Position numbers and translations under genes: made by a program. The notes under the pieces were generated by a model, which saw only the letters and a list, made by a program, of their open reading frames with translations, made no database searches and was not told where the DNA came from. 29,541 bases of DNA from a virus (Duplodnaviria; Caudoviricetes): positions 1-29,541 of IMG/VR virus record IMGVR_UViG_3300031519_011019; one strand, 5' to 3'. Below are positions 9,004 through 16,855 of the stretch, piece after piece. Numbering within the stretch: the stretch's first letter is position 1; the number at the start of each line of letters is the position of its first letter.

Positions 9004-10194
9004 TTATGCTGTCAGAGCGAAGGCCCTTTCAAAATCCTTATCCGTCATGGTGCCGCCGATTGTATTCAGGCGATTCCATCGGTTGGGCGTGATGTCCATC
9101 AGTTGGCCGCCGATCTCGTCGAGTCGAACCCAGTTGTCATTCGATCCCAGTTGACCCGCTCGCGTTACCGCGTTGATAACTCCGAAAAGGTTCTGCTGGT
9201 GGCTCTCGTGTTTTGCGAAAGCTTCCATCGTCCGGGTGGCTTCGACTTTGCTGAGTCTGAAGTCTGCCGCCACTGCTGCGATGACGCCCTTGGCTGATCC
9301 CTTGATTTGTTGGGACCGTGTCGCTAAGAACCTATCCAAGCCTTCTGGAAGCAATTTCAGTTGCATCGTGATATTTTCGCTGATTGCCGTTTCTAGGCTA
9401 TCAAGATTAATCACTCCTCGATGTACCTTGCTAATCTTTTGACCTTTCTGCTGGCCCCAGATGCAGCCGTTCATGCAGATCGCTCGAAAGATCGAAGGGT
9501 ATTGTGACAGGCGACGTTTGCCGATCTCACAATTTCCGATTGATACCATGCCGCCGTAATCCGTATCATCATCAGCAGATTTGTCAAGAATCGTATCGGG
9601 TAACAGGATGTTACCGTAGACGGTATCTTCATCAGACCGATCATGAGAAAATCGTCCATCAGGTAGGAACTTGCGTAATACTTCTAGGTACCATCGGTTG
9701 TCTACCGGGGCATACTTATCAGTTAGCATCGCACGTGCGGTGCCGTCATTATATGTTCTGAGTCGAAAAACCTTATCAGCCTTGACACGTCGCAGGCTAT
9801 TGTTTGCGATGTCTACCATGGTCTCGGCGTCTAAATTATCACACTGTTTGTCCGCTCTCATCTCTCGCAAGATACTAGCAGACTTAACTCCTGCACGTGC
9901 TGATAGTTGCTGTAGGCAATGGTCTGTTGGTCGGAACGTCTTACCACGTACGCCAATTTTGAATTCACCATCGGCTACCATGGGCTGAATTTCCGAACGC
10001 TCTACCATGTAATCAGTCCGGTCTTGTGCAGCCTTCTCTGCACGATCAAATACCGTATCGAAAGAAAGTGTCTTAGAGTACCAGTCCTTGTGGACATGCG
10101 TACCCGATGCCATACCGGTACCGGTTTGACCCTGAAGGCCTCGTACAAAAGCTCCGTCATTCTTGGTCGATTTGCTTGGCTCTAAAAATGTCAT
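9004..10194 (-). CDS. DUF932-like phage/plasmid protein
   Basis: ARAMLTDKYAPVDN, GGMVSIGNCEIGK, FRAICMNGCIW, KVHRG and NLFGVINAVTR motifs; start moved to ATG 10194 (AAGGAG RBS). Confidence 0.75.
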   Translation of the reverse strand: MTFLEPSKSTKNDGAFVRGLQGQTGTGMASGTHVHKDWYSKTLSFDTVFDRAEKAAQDRTDYMVERSEIQPMVADGEFKIGVRGKTFRPTDHCLQQLSARAGVKSASILREMRADKQCDNLDAETMVDIANNSLRRVKADKVFRLRTYNDGTARAMLTDKYAPVDNRWYLEVLRKFLPDGRFSHDRSDEDTVYGNILLPDTILDKSADDDTDYGGMVSIGNCEIGKRRLSQYPSIFRAICMNGCIWGQQKGQKISKVHRGVINLDSLETAISENITMQLKLLPEGLDRFLATRSQQIKGSAKGVIAAVAADFRLSKVEATRTMEAFAKHESHQQNLFGVINAVTRAGQLGSNDNWVRLDEIGGQLMDITPNRWNRLNTIGGTMTDKDFERAFALTA

Positions 10195-10236
10195 TCTTAA
10201 TTCTCCTTGGTTAGTTAGTCTCTTTCCCATATCTAT

Positions 10237-10339
10237 ATCTTAACATACTATTATATAATGTCAAGCGTTATTCCATATAATAATCATAATAAATAAAATA
10301 ATAATTTTCCTTGACAGGACACATGACATATGGTATACT
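10237..10339. promoter_or_regulatory. Back-to-back promoters
   Basis: Minus TTGACA-16-TAAGAT (10237-10264); plus TTGACA-GGACAC..-17-TATACT (10311-10339). Confidence 0.7.
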
Positions 10340-10450
10340 AGTAGTAGAGGGATAGAGGGCAAAATTTTTGCTCTGGGCGATAAGTGGAAGCGAAGCTTCT
10401 TTTTACAAGGGGCGACCCCCTCGGGAGAGGGAGAGGATCGCTGGGAAAGA

Positions 10451-10912
10451 TTATCCTGAACAAGTCCAATGCTGTCGGCTGAAAAGATGCCTACACCGTC
10501 TCGCCTCTGGTGTTAGTTGTATTACATTCTCAAGCATAAACACACAACCTTGTGTATGCTCGACGTCATCGTATCGACCGCCCATGTCTTCATCGTAGTA
10601 CATAAAGTTAAGAACTAGGCCGGTGGCCACATTAAAGTCATGGCATAAGTTCTCCAGCTTCTTAAACGCTTGATAACAATCCGCTTCCACCATGTCGTAA
10701 TCCTCTGCGATATAATACATATCTTTGATTACCTCCGCCTTATCATCTTCTGTAATATGTAGCGGGTCGGTGTAAACTTCTAGACTCCTTGCGACCACAT
10801 TCCAGATGGAAGGATCAATCGCTTCCACTTCCTCCACCTGCTCCGGTAGGAGTTCGTGCAGTTTCTTCCTGCTTATTGTGTACTCTCGCAAGCCCCATGT
10901 TCCCATTCCCAT
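10451..10912 (-). CDS. Hypothetical protein
   Basis: 153 aa ORF; GGGAG RBS. Confidence 0.7.
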   Translation of the reverse strand: MGMGTWGLREYTISRKKLHELLPEQVEEVEAIDPSIWNVVARSLEVYTDPLHITEDDKAEVIKDMYYIAEDYDMVEADCYQAFKKLENLCHDFNVATGLVLNFMYYDEDMGGRYDDVEHTQGCVFMLENVIQLTPEARRCRHLFSRQHWTCSG

Positions 10913-10914
10913 AA

Positions 10915-11127
10915 TTATCTCCCGGTGTAAAATCCAAACCCACTTTCCACAGGCTGTACTTTAGCCAGTGGCTTCTCTACAAGTATATCATACGAAAATA
11001 TAGCGTCAAGGAATTCTTCTGGATTTTGTAATACTAAGTTAGCAATGGCTCCCTCAATACAATCCTGTCTGTCCCTACCTTGTGGTAGATTCTCGAATTC
11101 AAAGTCACCCTCAAATTTAATTCTCAT
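10915..11127 (-). CDS. Hypothetical protein
   Basis: 70 aa; ATGA overlap. Confidence 0.65.
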   Translation of the reverse strand: MRIKFEGDFEFENLPQGRDRQDCIEGAIANLVLQNPEEFLDAIFSYDILVEKPLAKVQPVESGFGFYTGR

Positions 11128-11291
11128 TGGTCCCTTAATGCTGCACGATTTCGGGCTGCTCTGGTCCGTCGTCGTTTAGGTCTGTTGTCATGTTCGCCGC
11201 CACCGCTTAGATGTGCATGATGGCCCTTGCCAATTTCCCACACCTTCTTCGGTTCAATTTTTACTTTGTCATACTTTCGTTTTTTACTCAT
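11124..11291 (-). CDS. Small basic protein (55 aa), possibly leaderless
   Basis: MSKKRKYDKVKIEPKKVWEIGKGHHAHLSGGGEHDNRPKRRRTRAARNRAALRDQ; perfect promoter at 11298-11326. Confidence 0.65.
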   Translation of the reverse strand: MSKKRKYDKVKIEPKKVWEIGKGHHAHLSGGGEHDNRPKRRRTRAARNRAALRDQ

Positions 11292-11381
11292 GTCTATATT
11301 ATACTATTTATCGCCTCCCTTGTCAAGGTTTATAATGGTCATTGTAATAGCCGCCGCAACAATTAATGGTCCTAACATATA

Positions 11382-11516
11382 TCAAGCCTCCTTGCTAAAT
11401 GATTTTTCAACGTCAGCATGTGTTACACGCCGCCCGTCATCGAGCACAACATGTGTTGTGGTAATACGCACTACCACGCCACTATCAAACTTGGAACCAA
11501 TACCTAACAGTTTCAT
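11382..11516 (-). CDS. Hypothetical protein (44 aa)
   Basis: Hand-translated; AAGGAG RBS; promoter at 11543-11571. Confidence 0.55.
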   Translation of the reverse strand: MKLLGIGSKFDSGVVVRITTTHVVLDDGRRVTHADVEKSFSKEA

Positions 11517-11557
11517 ACCATCTCCTTCTAGAGTAAACTTATATTCTAACACACGTC

Positions 11558-11827
11558 TTACGAAAAGTCAAACTGGGTTTGATTTTTAAGATACCTCTTA
11601 GAGGCTTCACGTTTGCCTCTCACGTCTTTTTGAGTCACACCCTTTACTCTGCCTCTCCAAACCTTGTAACCCTGCTCTGTCATATCCTCACAGCCTGTAG
11701 CACGTACCTTGTAATCAATGAGCTTTTCATTGTGGCACACACCAAGAATATTTTCGATCACATGCCACGCGGGCTTAGTTGCGTTCGAATCTGTGAATAC
11801 TTCAACTTTAAATGTAAACTTCTTCAA
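11558..11827 (-). CDS. Hypothetical protein
   Basis: 89 aa; TTG start after AAGGAG; overlaps upstream stop. Confidence 0.65.
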   Translation of the reverse strand: MKKFTFKVEVFTDSNATKPAWHVIENILGVCHNEKLIDYKVRATGCEDMTEQGYKVWRGRVKGVTQKDVRGKREASKRYLKNQTQFDFS

Positions 11828-12078
11828 CGGTTTCTCCTTATTTTACTTGACAATGGTGATTCAGTTTTCTTCATTTCTGGTCTGCTGCCTATTATGGCGT
11901 CTACCTCAATACGCTTCTTACTAGCTTTGAATTCGGGAAGTCTTACTCCTTTCTTCTTTAGTTTCTTCTTGAGCTTCTTGAACGTCTTCTTATTACCACG
12001 AACAAACACAGCTTTTATTCTAGCCTCACTAATATCACTTAATATTTCTGCGTCTGTTATATTTTGGTTATCATTCAT
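11824..12078 (-). CDS. Lys-rich hypothetical protein
   Basis: 84 aa; AGGAG RBS. Confidence 0.65.
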   Translation of the reverse strand: MNDNQNITDAEILSDISEARIKAVFVRGNKKTFKKLKKKLKKKGVRLPEFKASKKRIEVDAIIGSRPEMKKTESPLSSKIRRNR

Positions 12079-12089
12079 TTATATACTCC

Positions 12090-12365
12090 TATGTCTAGAA
12101 CCCCATCCCCTCCGAAAGAGTACTGTATAGCCTAAGGGTTAAGGGTATACAATCTACAATCAGTGTGGTGAGACCGTTTGTCTCTAGCAATAGGTTACGT
12201 TTTATACTCTAGTTTCGGAATTGGACCGGGACGCAGGGGGTTATCTTAGATCAAACTACTAATTCGTTGCCCGGATTAACGCTCTATTACCATATTTTGT
12301 CAAAAGACGCTGATATCTTATATTTCTAGAGCGGTGAGAGTAATCAGAGAATAAAACACCGCTTA
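12090..12365. ncRNA. Candidate structured non-coding RNA (~270 nt)
   Basis: No ORF of 60 aa or more across most of the gap; nested helices 12094-12100/12324-12330, 12159-12165/12308-12314, 12226-12230/12270-12274, 12170-12174/12180-12184, 12124-12129/12146-12151 and hairpin 12330-12363. Confidence 0.55.
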
Positions 12366-12370
12366 TACTA

Positions 12371-12799
12371 TTATATCCGTGTAAGCTCCTCCTGACAATT
12401 TAAAGCTAGTTCGGGTGAGACAGTCGGCACACCTACGGTCCTGCCACATGTGACCAAGCTTAGGAATGACATGTTGTCCATATTTCGCCCCGTGCTGTCC
12501 ACCCAATGCGGTGCCCGTCGTGGATTGTATGACATCAAGTCTTCACCTCTAATAATAAGTCTTGAATTCTTCGTTGCATGGACCTCATCCGCGTTAATCC
12601 AAGCACACACACTTTTATTTTCTCCTGCGTGAATCTTCTCGGCTGTCTTGCGTTGGTTCTTCAAATGTGCCGTCATAATATATAGTGAGTATACTTCTGG
12701 ATTATAATAATTTACTTCCTTAGTAACTAGGTTTTTTACCTGCCAGTACATGAAGTGTTCGCCCTTAGCTAAGTGAAATCGTACGCGGTATCCTCTCAT
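12371..12799 (-). CDS. Phage hypothetical protein
   Basis: 142 aa; VRFHL..G.HFM.WQVK and YNPR motifs recalled from phage proteins. Confidence 0.75.
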   Translation of the reverse strand: MRGYRVRFHLAKGEHFMYWQVKNLVTKEVNYYNPEVYSLYIMTAHLKNQRKTAEKIHAGENKSVCAWINADEVHATKNSRLIIRGEDLMSYNPRRAPHWVDSTGRNMDNMSFLSLVTCGRTVGVPTVSPELALNCQEELTRI

Positions 12800-12916
12800 A
12801 TTATCGCTCCCTCCTTATATCTATTTCGGCTCCAATGATCGCCGCTGCCATTCCCGCTATTAAAATTACTGTCGCTGTCATATCTGTTCTCCTTATACTA
12901 CCATTATAACCGCTGA

Positions 12917-13105
12917 TTATTGTTTGTCAAGTTTATTCTCTATTATTGCATGAATATCAAAATAACATTTCTCTACTTCTTCCTTACTATATATAGTACA
13001 GATGTCGTCGTCCGGGTTTGTCTCCTCGCTGTCCTTAATCTCATGCCACAATGATGATAGTGCATAAAGAATCATACTAAGCTGTCCGTCTTTAAATTCG
13101 CCCAC
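12917..13105 (-). CDS. Hypothetical protein
   Basis: 62 aa; GTG start after GAGG. Confidence 0.6.
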   Translation of the reverse strand: MGEFKDGQLSMILYALSSLWHEIKDSEETNPDDDICTIYSKEEVEKCYFDIHAIIENKLDKQ

Positions 13106-13120
13106 AGATTATACCTCTTT

Positions 13121-13315
13121 CTAAGTGTCTAGTCCAGTCAAACAAATTTCTGTTCTCACATATTCCAAGTCTGCACCGCATTCACAGCCGGGGGTTCCGT
13201 TGTCTTGATACCAGTCGGGGCCATACCAAGCGTTAGCATCCTCACAGTATGGACATTGCCAGAACATCAGTACCCTATGATTAGCAATCTCAAAATACTT
13301 ATCTAAGCTATACAT
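13121..13315 (-). CDS. Small Zn-ribbon protein
   Basis: CPYC...CECG; AAGGAGG RBS. Confidence 0.7.
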   Translation of the reverse strand: MYSLDKYFEIANHRVLMFWQCPYCEDANAWYGPDWYQDNGTPGCECGADLEYVRTEICLTGLDT

Positions 13316-14087
13316 TCGCTTCCTCCTTCGCTGTCTTCTTCAGTATCCTTAACGCTGCTGCTGCTTCGCTACCCTTTGGCTGCACACCATGAATGAGTAG
13401 AGCGAAAGATTGATTTCTTCGTGCCGGGTCGGCAGCGTGTGAATCGTCATTATCTATTTCAAGACCCTTCTCGGCGGCTTCCTCTTTTGAGAAAACTACT
13501 ACAGCCTCACGTAGTCCGTACTCTGCTATGGCTGAATCTTGCGTACCGCCTCGGCTGGCAGTCAATACCAAGTTAGCAGGTATGTTCGTGATATTCTCAA
13601 TCCAGAATTGTAGGCTCTTCGTGTAAGCATAAAACAGGATATCAGGACGGCGGCAGGCTACCAACATCCAAGCCCGGAAATACATATTGTTGAACATGTC
13701 ACCGGCTACGTGGATACGAACCACGGCGGCATCCTTTGGTAATACTTCAATCAATTTGTCGGCCATCTCAAAACTGCTCTTGCAATCAAGCATGGCATCA
13801 CCGTTACGCTTGCGGTTATTATATACGTTAGTGAACAACACTTCTTGACTAGCAGAGAAGCAACGGAATTGTGTTTTTGGGCCATCCTCAATGGTACGCT
13901 TTCCGGTCTCTTCGTTTACCCTTGCACGGCTACGGCATAGCATCGCCATAGGGCAGAACACACCAGATAGCAGATCGAAAGAATACACTTTGGCAGATGA
14001 TCGACCGATCTTGCGATCCAACCACTTCTTGAGACTGAGAGCCTTGTAGAGCTTCTTGAGTTTGTCGTTTGCTTTATTGAATTTCAT
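13308..14087 (-). CDS. Gp88-like phage protein (Cys-containing)
   Basis: CPMAMLC...CFSASQE, VRIHVAGDMF, FYAYTKSL and LVLTASRGG motifs of the GP88 family. Confidence 0.75.
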   Translation of the reverse strand: MKFNKANDKLKKLYKALSLKKWLDRKIGRSSAKVYSFDLLSGVFCPMAMLCRSRARVNEETGKRTIEDGPKTQFRCFSASQEVLFTNVYNNRKRNGDAMLDCKSSFEMADKLIEVLPKDAAVVRIHVAGDMFNNMYFRAWMLVACRRPDILFYAYTKSLQFWIENITNIPANLVLTASRGGTQDSAIAEYGLREAVVVFSKEEAAEKGLEIDNDDSHAADPARRNQSFALLIHGVQPKGSEAAAALRILKKTAKEEANV

Positions 14088-14236
14088 CTTTGTTCTCCCG
14101 TTAGTTCCTTACTTGCTATACATATATAATAACACATAATAGATAATAGTCAAGCATAATCTCAGATTATTATTTCTAATTATTCTCTTGACTTTATATT
14201 ATGACATGTTACAATGGTAATATAAGGAGAAACGAA

Positions 14237-14389
14237 ATGACAATCGACAGAATTATCAACTGCATCCACTACAACAGCTGCCTACCACCACGACCAGAAG
14301 GTGTGGGCGAAATGCGATGGAATGGAATGATCAAAGCCGCAATGACACTTCATAAAGTAATCGAAATCGAAAGGAGGGGTCGAGCATGA
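14237..14389 (+). CDS. Hypothetical protein (50 aa)
   Basis: AAGGAG RBS; promoter TTGACT-16-TACAAT at 14188-14215. Confidence 0.65.
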   Translation: MTIDRIINCIHYNSCLPPRPEGVGEMRWNGMIKAAMTLHKVIEIERRGRA

Positions 14390-14583
14390 TAAACGAACAA
14401 TACACAGAGGATGAGGTAGAAGCGATTCGAGCCGCATGGTCTGATCTTTACGTAACAAGCAAAGTTCGTAGGGACGTATGGCCTCAAATTGATCTAGAGT
14501 TATTGGCTGACGCGGCTGCTGATACACTCAACCAGCTGGAACTGGTTTTTCCTTTCCTTTTAGATAAGAGTCACCTTGACTAG
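14386..14583 (+). CDS. Hypothetical protein
   Basis: AGGAGG RBS; ATGA overlap. Confidence 0.7.
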   Translation: MINEQYTEDEVEAIRAAWSDLYVTSKVRRDVWPQIDLELLADAAADTLNQLELVFPFLLDKSHLD

Positions 14584-14617
14584 ACACTTAGTATTACCTA
14601 TAATAAGAGAGGGCGAA

Positions 14618-14785
14618 ATGGATAACAACCTACAAACCTTTTTGAGAGAGCAACTTCAAGAAGATATCGTATCTTACTTTGACGGATATCTACAGCCACC
14701 TTTTACGTTCACTAACGACGATAAGGAAAGCATGGTAGACGACTTGTGCCAAATAGTAATCAACAGAATAGGAGAAAGCGAATGA
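14618..14785 (+). CDS. Hypothetical acidic protein (55 aa)
   Basis: Promoter TTGACT-AGACAC..-17-TATAAT at 14576-14604; GAGGG RBS. Confidence 0.65.
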   Translation: MDNNLQTFLREQLQEDIVSYFDGYLQPPFTFTNDDKESMVDDLCQIVINRIGESE

Positions 14786-14931
14786 GACGACCTAGTACAA
14801 TAACGATCCCAAAGAATGAGGGGGCGAATTTAGCTGACCTTATAACTAACTTACATTATCAAGGTATATCATTCCAAGTAATGACAGAGGATAATAATTA
14901 CATAATAACACTTGACAAACTAAAAATATAG
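14782..14931 (+). CDS. Hypothetical protein (49 aa)
   Basis: AGGAG RBS; ATGA overlap. Confidence 0.65.
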   Translation: MRRPSTITIPKNEGANLADLITNLHYQGISFQVMTEDNNYIITLDKLKI

Positions 14932-14939
14932 TATATAAT
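14912..14939 (+). promoter_or_regulatory. Sigma70-type promoter for the tRNA-like RNA
   Basis: TTGACA-16-TATAAT; predicted +1 about G14946. Confidence 0.8.
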
Positions 14940-14945
14940 ACATAT

Positions 14946-15057
14946 GTAGCAGGACATAGGAAGCTAGGCGTTACCGAACGTTCACAGGTCTGGTTGTATC
15001 GGCAACTTGGCAGTGAAAAGACGTCCTATCGGGTGCAAGTCCCGGCTGCTGCTACCA
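14946..15057 (+). ncRNA. tRNA-like RNA (acceptor-like stem, T-arm, 3' CCA, no D-arm)
   Basis: 5' GTAGCAG pairs with the 3' end; (T)CGGG-TGCAAGT-CCCG(G) T-arm; ends ACCA; starts at the predicted +1. Confidence 0.7.
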
Positions 15058-15061
15058 ATAC

Positions 15062-15266
15062 AATAGATGGACATGGTGTGAGACAGAATAACGTTACGCG
15101 AAAGTCTCACAGGAAACAGTAATCCCTGATACGGGTGAGGCTCCTAAATCCAACATAATACATAGCTGTGGGCGATTTCCTCTCACCCTTCACTGACTCT
15201 GCGATCAACCGTCCGGTTGGGCCGAGACACTCTTAATGCCTCAACCCCTCGCGGGTGGGGTATCAG
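15062..15266 (+). ncRNA. Candidate structured RNA downstream of the tRNA-like RNA
   Basis: Helices 15077-15084/15104-15111, 15126-15132/15260-15266, 15133-15139/15182-15188 and 15206-15210/15215-15219; no credible ORF. Confidence 0.55.
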
Positions 15267-15466
15267 TTATTTGAGGGGTATATCTCCCCTATTCGAGGGG
15301 TACCATCCCAAATTTCTTGCGTCAACATTTCTACCTGCATGGCAAGCTGTTTCGCCCGCACCTCTGCTGGTACCGTGTTGTCTCCCATCGCTTCCAGCAA
15401 TCTCATGGAGAATTCGCCCAGTGTATCATATAATTCATCATTTGTAAAGTATTTAGCTTCGATCAT
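15263..15466 (-). CDS. Hypothetical protein
   Basis: 67 aa ORF. Confidence 0.65.
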   Translation of the reverse strand: MIEAKYFTNDELYDTLGEFSMRLLEAMGDNTVPAEVRAKQLAMQVEMLTQEIWDGTPRIGEIYPSNN

Positions 15467-15638
15467 TTTTGAGTTTTACCCTTCTAAGTTTTTCGGCTGC
15501 ACATTGCTTGACGATATACCCGCATGGTACCGCGTTGCGTGGCTCTGGCCTATCGCACATCCACTGCCCGCACACTCGAATCCAAGCATCCAACTCTGTG
15601 GTCGTCATGTCGGCTACATTCATTTTGAAATTGTCCAT
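15453..15638 (-). CDS. Hypothetical protein
   Basis: 61 aa; AAGGA RBS; promoter at 15688-15716. Confidence 0.6.
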   Translation of the reverse strand: MDNFKMNVADMTTTELDAWIRVCGQWMCDRPEPRNAVPCGYIVKQCAAEKLRRVKLKNDRS

Positions 15639-15647
15639 GATTTTTCC

Positions 15648-15749
15648 TTACAAAGTACAAGGGGTGTAACTGCTGAACACTGATACAACTATAACACAAC
15701 AAACAATGACAATCAAGAGTAGTTCCTGATCTGATTCTCGAATTTTCAT
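15648..15749 (-). CDS. Tiny membrane peptide (33 aa)
   Basis: MKIRESDQELLLIVIVCCVIVVSVFSSYTPCTL; promoter at 15774-15802; 5' UTR identical over 16 nt to that of 15799-16008. Confidence 0.55.
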   Translation of the reverse strand: MKIRESDQELLLIVIVCCVIVVSVFSSYTPCTL

Positions 15750-15798
15750 AATTCCCTCTTCTTTCTATGCTGTATTATACCGCGTCCAAGGTGTCCAG

Positions 15799-16008
15799 TC
15801 AATTCGTGGCAAGTGGATTCCAGTCTTTTTTGCGGTGTCCCAAGTGGTAGGCCATTTCCTCATTTGTGACGTACATATCAGAATTGGCGTTGTAATATTG
15901 ACCCTCTTTCGGATCGTAATACAAAACGATACCCGTGATATATCGGAATGGTCCCTCTAATCCTGCCAGCTTTGGCCCGTCTACTCTGTGAAATTCTTGA
16001 TATCCCAT
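15799..16008 (-). CDS. Conserved small phage protein
   Basis: GLEGPF...LYYDPKEGQYY motif recalled from aquatic phages; promoter at 16032-16060. Confidence 0.75.
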   Translation of the reverse strand: MGYQEFHRVDGPKLAGLEGPFRYITGIVLYYDPKEGQYYNANSDMYVTNEEMAYHLGHRKKDWNPLATN

Positions 16009-16085
16009 GATTCCCTCTTCTTTCTTAATTGATTATACCACGTACTAAATGTCCAAACAACAAAATAATAATAATTATATTTTAC

Positions 16086-16113
16086 TTGACAGACACTTTT
16101 TGCCTGCTATAAT
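16086..16113 (+). promoter_or_regulatory. Antisense-facing sigma70 promoter
   Basis: TTGACA-gacac..-16-TATAAT, then GGGCGA and a C6/G6 hairpin. Confidence 0.7.
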
Positions 16114-16127
16114 AAGAAGGGGCGAAG

Positions 16128-16143
16128 CCCCCCTTGCGGGGGG
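16128..16143 (-). terminator. C6-GCAA-G6 hairpin
   Basis: GNRA-capped hairpin 12 nt after the stop of 16156-16404; no U-tract. Confidence 0.55.
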
Positions 16144-16155
16144 TGCCGGGATAGG

Positions 16156-16404
16156 TCAATATTCTGGCTCTTCTACGTCGTCGGCATCCTCTGCGAATGC
16201 CACGCGGTCGATGCTCTCATAATCGAGACCGGAGTCCGTCCAACTCACGCCATCAGGAGTTTCAAGAATCCCCATGTCTCGAATCTGTGAAATGAATTCA
16301 TCATAATTTGCACATTCTGTGCTGAGTTGATAAAATCCCTCATCATTACTGATCCAGAGGCAGACGTTCCAAGTTTCGTAGTTTTTGTGTCCGTTGTATC
16401 CCAT
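16156..16404 (-). CDS. Conserved small phage protein (YNG..NYETWNV.LW family)
   Basis: MGYNGHKNYETWNVCLWISNDEGFY...TPDGVSW; start moved to ATG 16404 (GGGAG RBS). Confidence 0.8.
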   Translation of the reverse strand: MGYNGHKNYETWNVCLWISNDEGFYQLSTECANYDEFISQIRDMGILETPDGVSWTDSGLDYESIDRVAFAEDADDVEEPEY

Positions 16405-16580
16405 GTCATTCTCCCGTTGAAGTTTATCGTTCCCTGTTATGCTTAGATTATATACTAACAAAAGTGTCTAGTCAATATCTTTATTTTCATCTAATTCTAT
16501 ATTTATATTTGTTACGTTTACCATTACACACCCGGTACTCGTTACGCATATTAATACTAATAATAATAATATTATACTTT

Positions 16581-16745
16581 TCAAGATATCGCCTCCCAAC
16601 TTTTTACGTATTTGCAGTAGTGCAATGCTTTGTGTCGTGCGTTTACAATTTCGGCATGTGGTCGCCCACTCTTTTTTGCCTCAATGTAAATTCCAACCCA
16701 CATTCTACGTCGTGCTTTTATCACAGATACTGTATTGTTTTTCAT
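16581..16745 (-). CDS. Small basic protein (54 aa)
   Basis: Hand-translated; promoter at 16770-16798. Confidence 0.6.
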   Translation of the reverse strand: MKNNTVSVIKARRRMWVGIYIEAKKSGRPHAEIVNARHKALHYCKYVKSWEAIS

Positions 16746-16855
16746 AATATTCTCTCTTTCTTATGAATGATTATATACTGTACTAAGTGTCCTGTCAACA
16801 AAATAAGGTGCCTAGCCCCTGCGGGAAATCAGGGACTAGGCTAGGGAGACACCCC

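Noticed and set aside
15085-15103. Hammerhead ribozyme (CGAAA present)
   Set aside because: No CUGANGA core and no third stem
14946-15266. Canonical tRNA, tmRNA (including two-piece), RNase P RNA, or FMN/cobalamin riboswitch
   Set aside because: No D-arm or anticodon loop, no G3-U70 pair or tag frame, no RNase P CR-I/CR-V pairing, and only the T-loop hairpin is shared with the riboswitches
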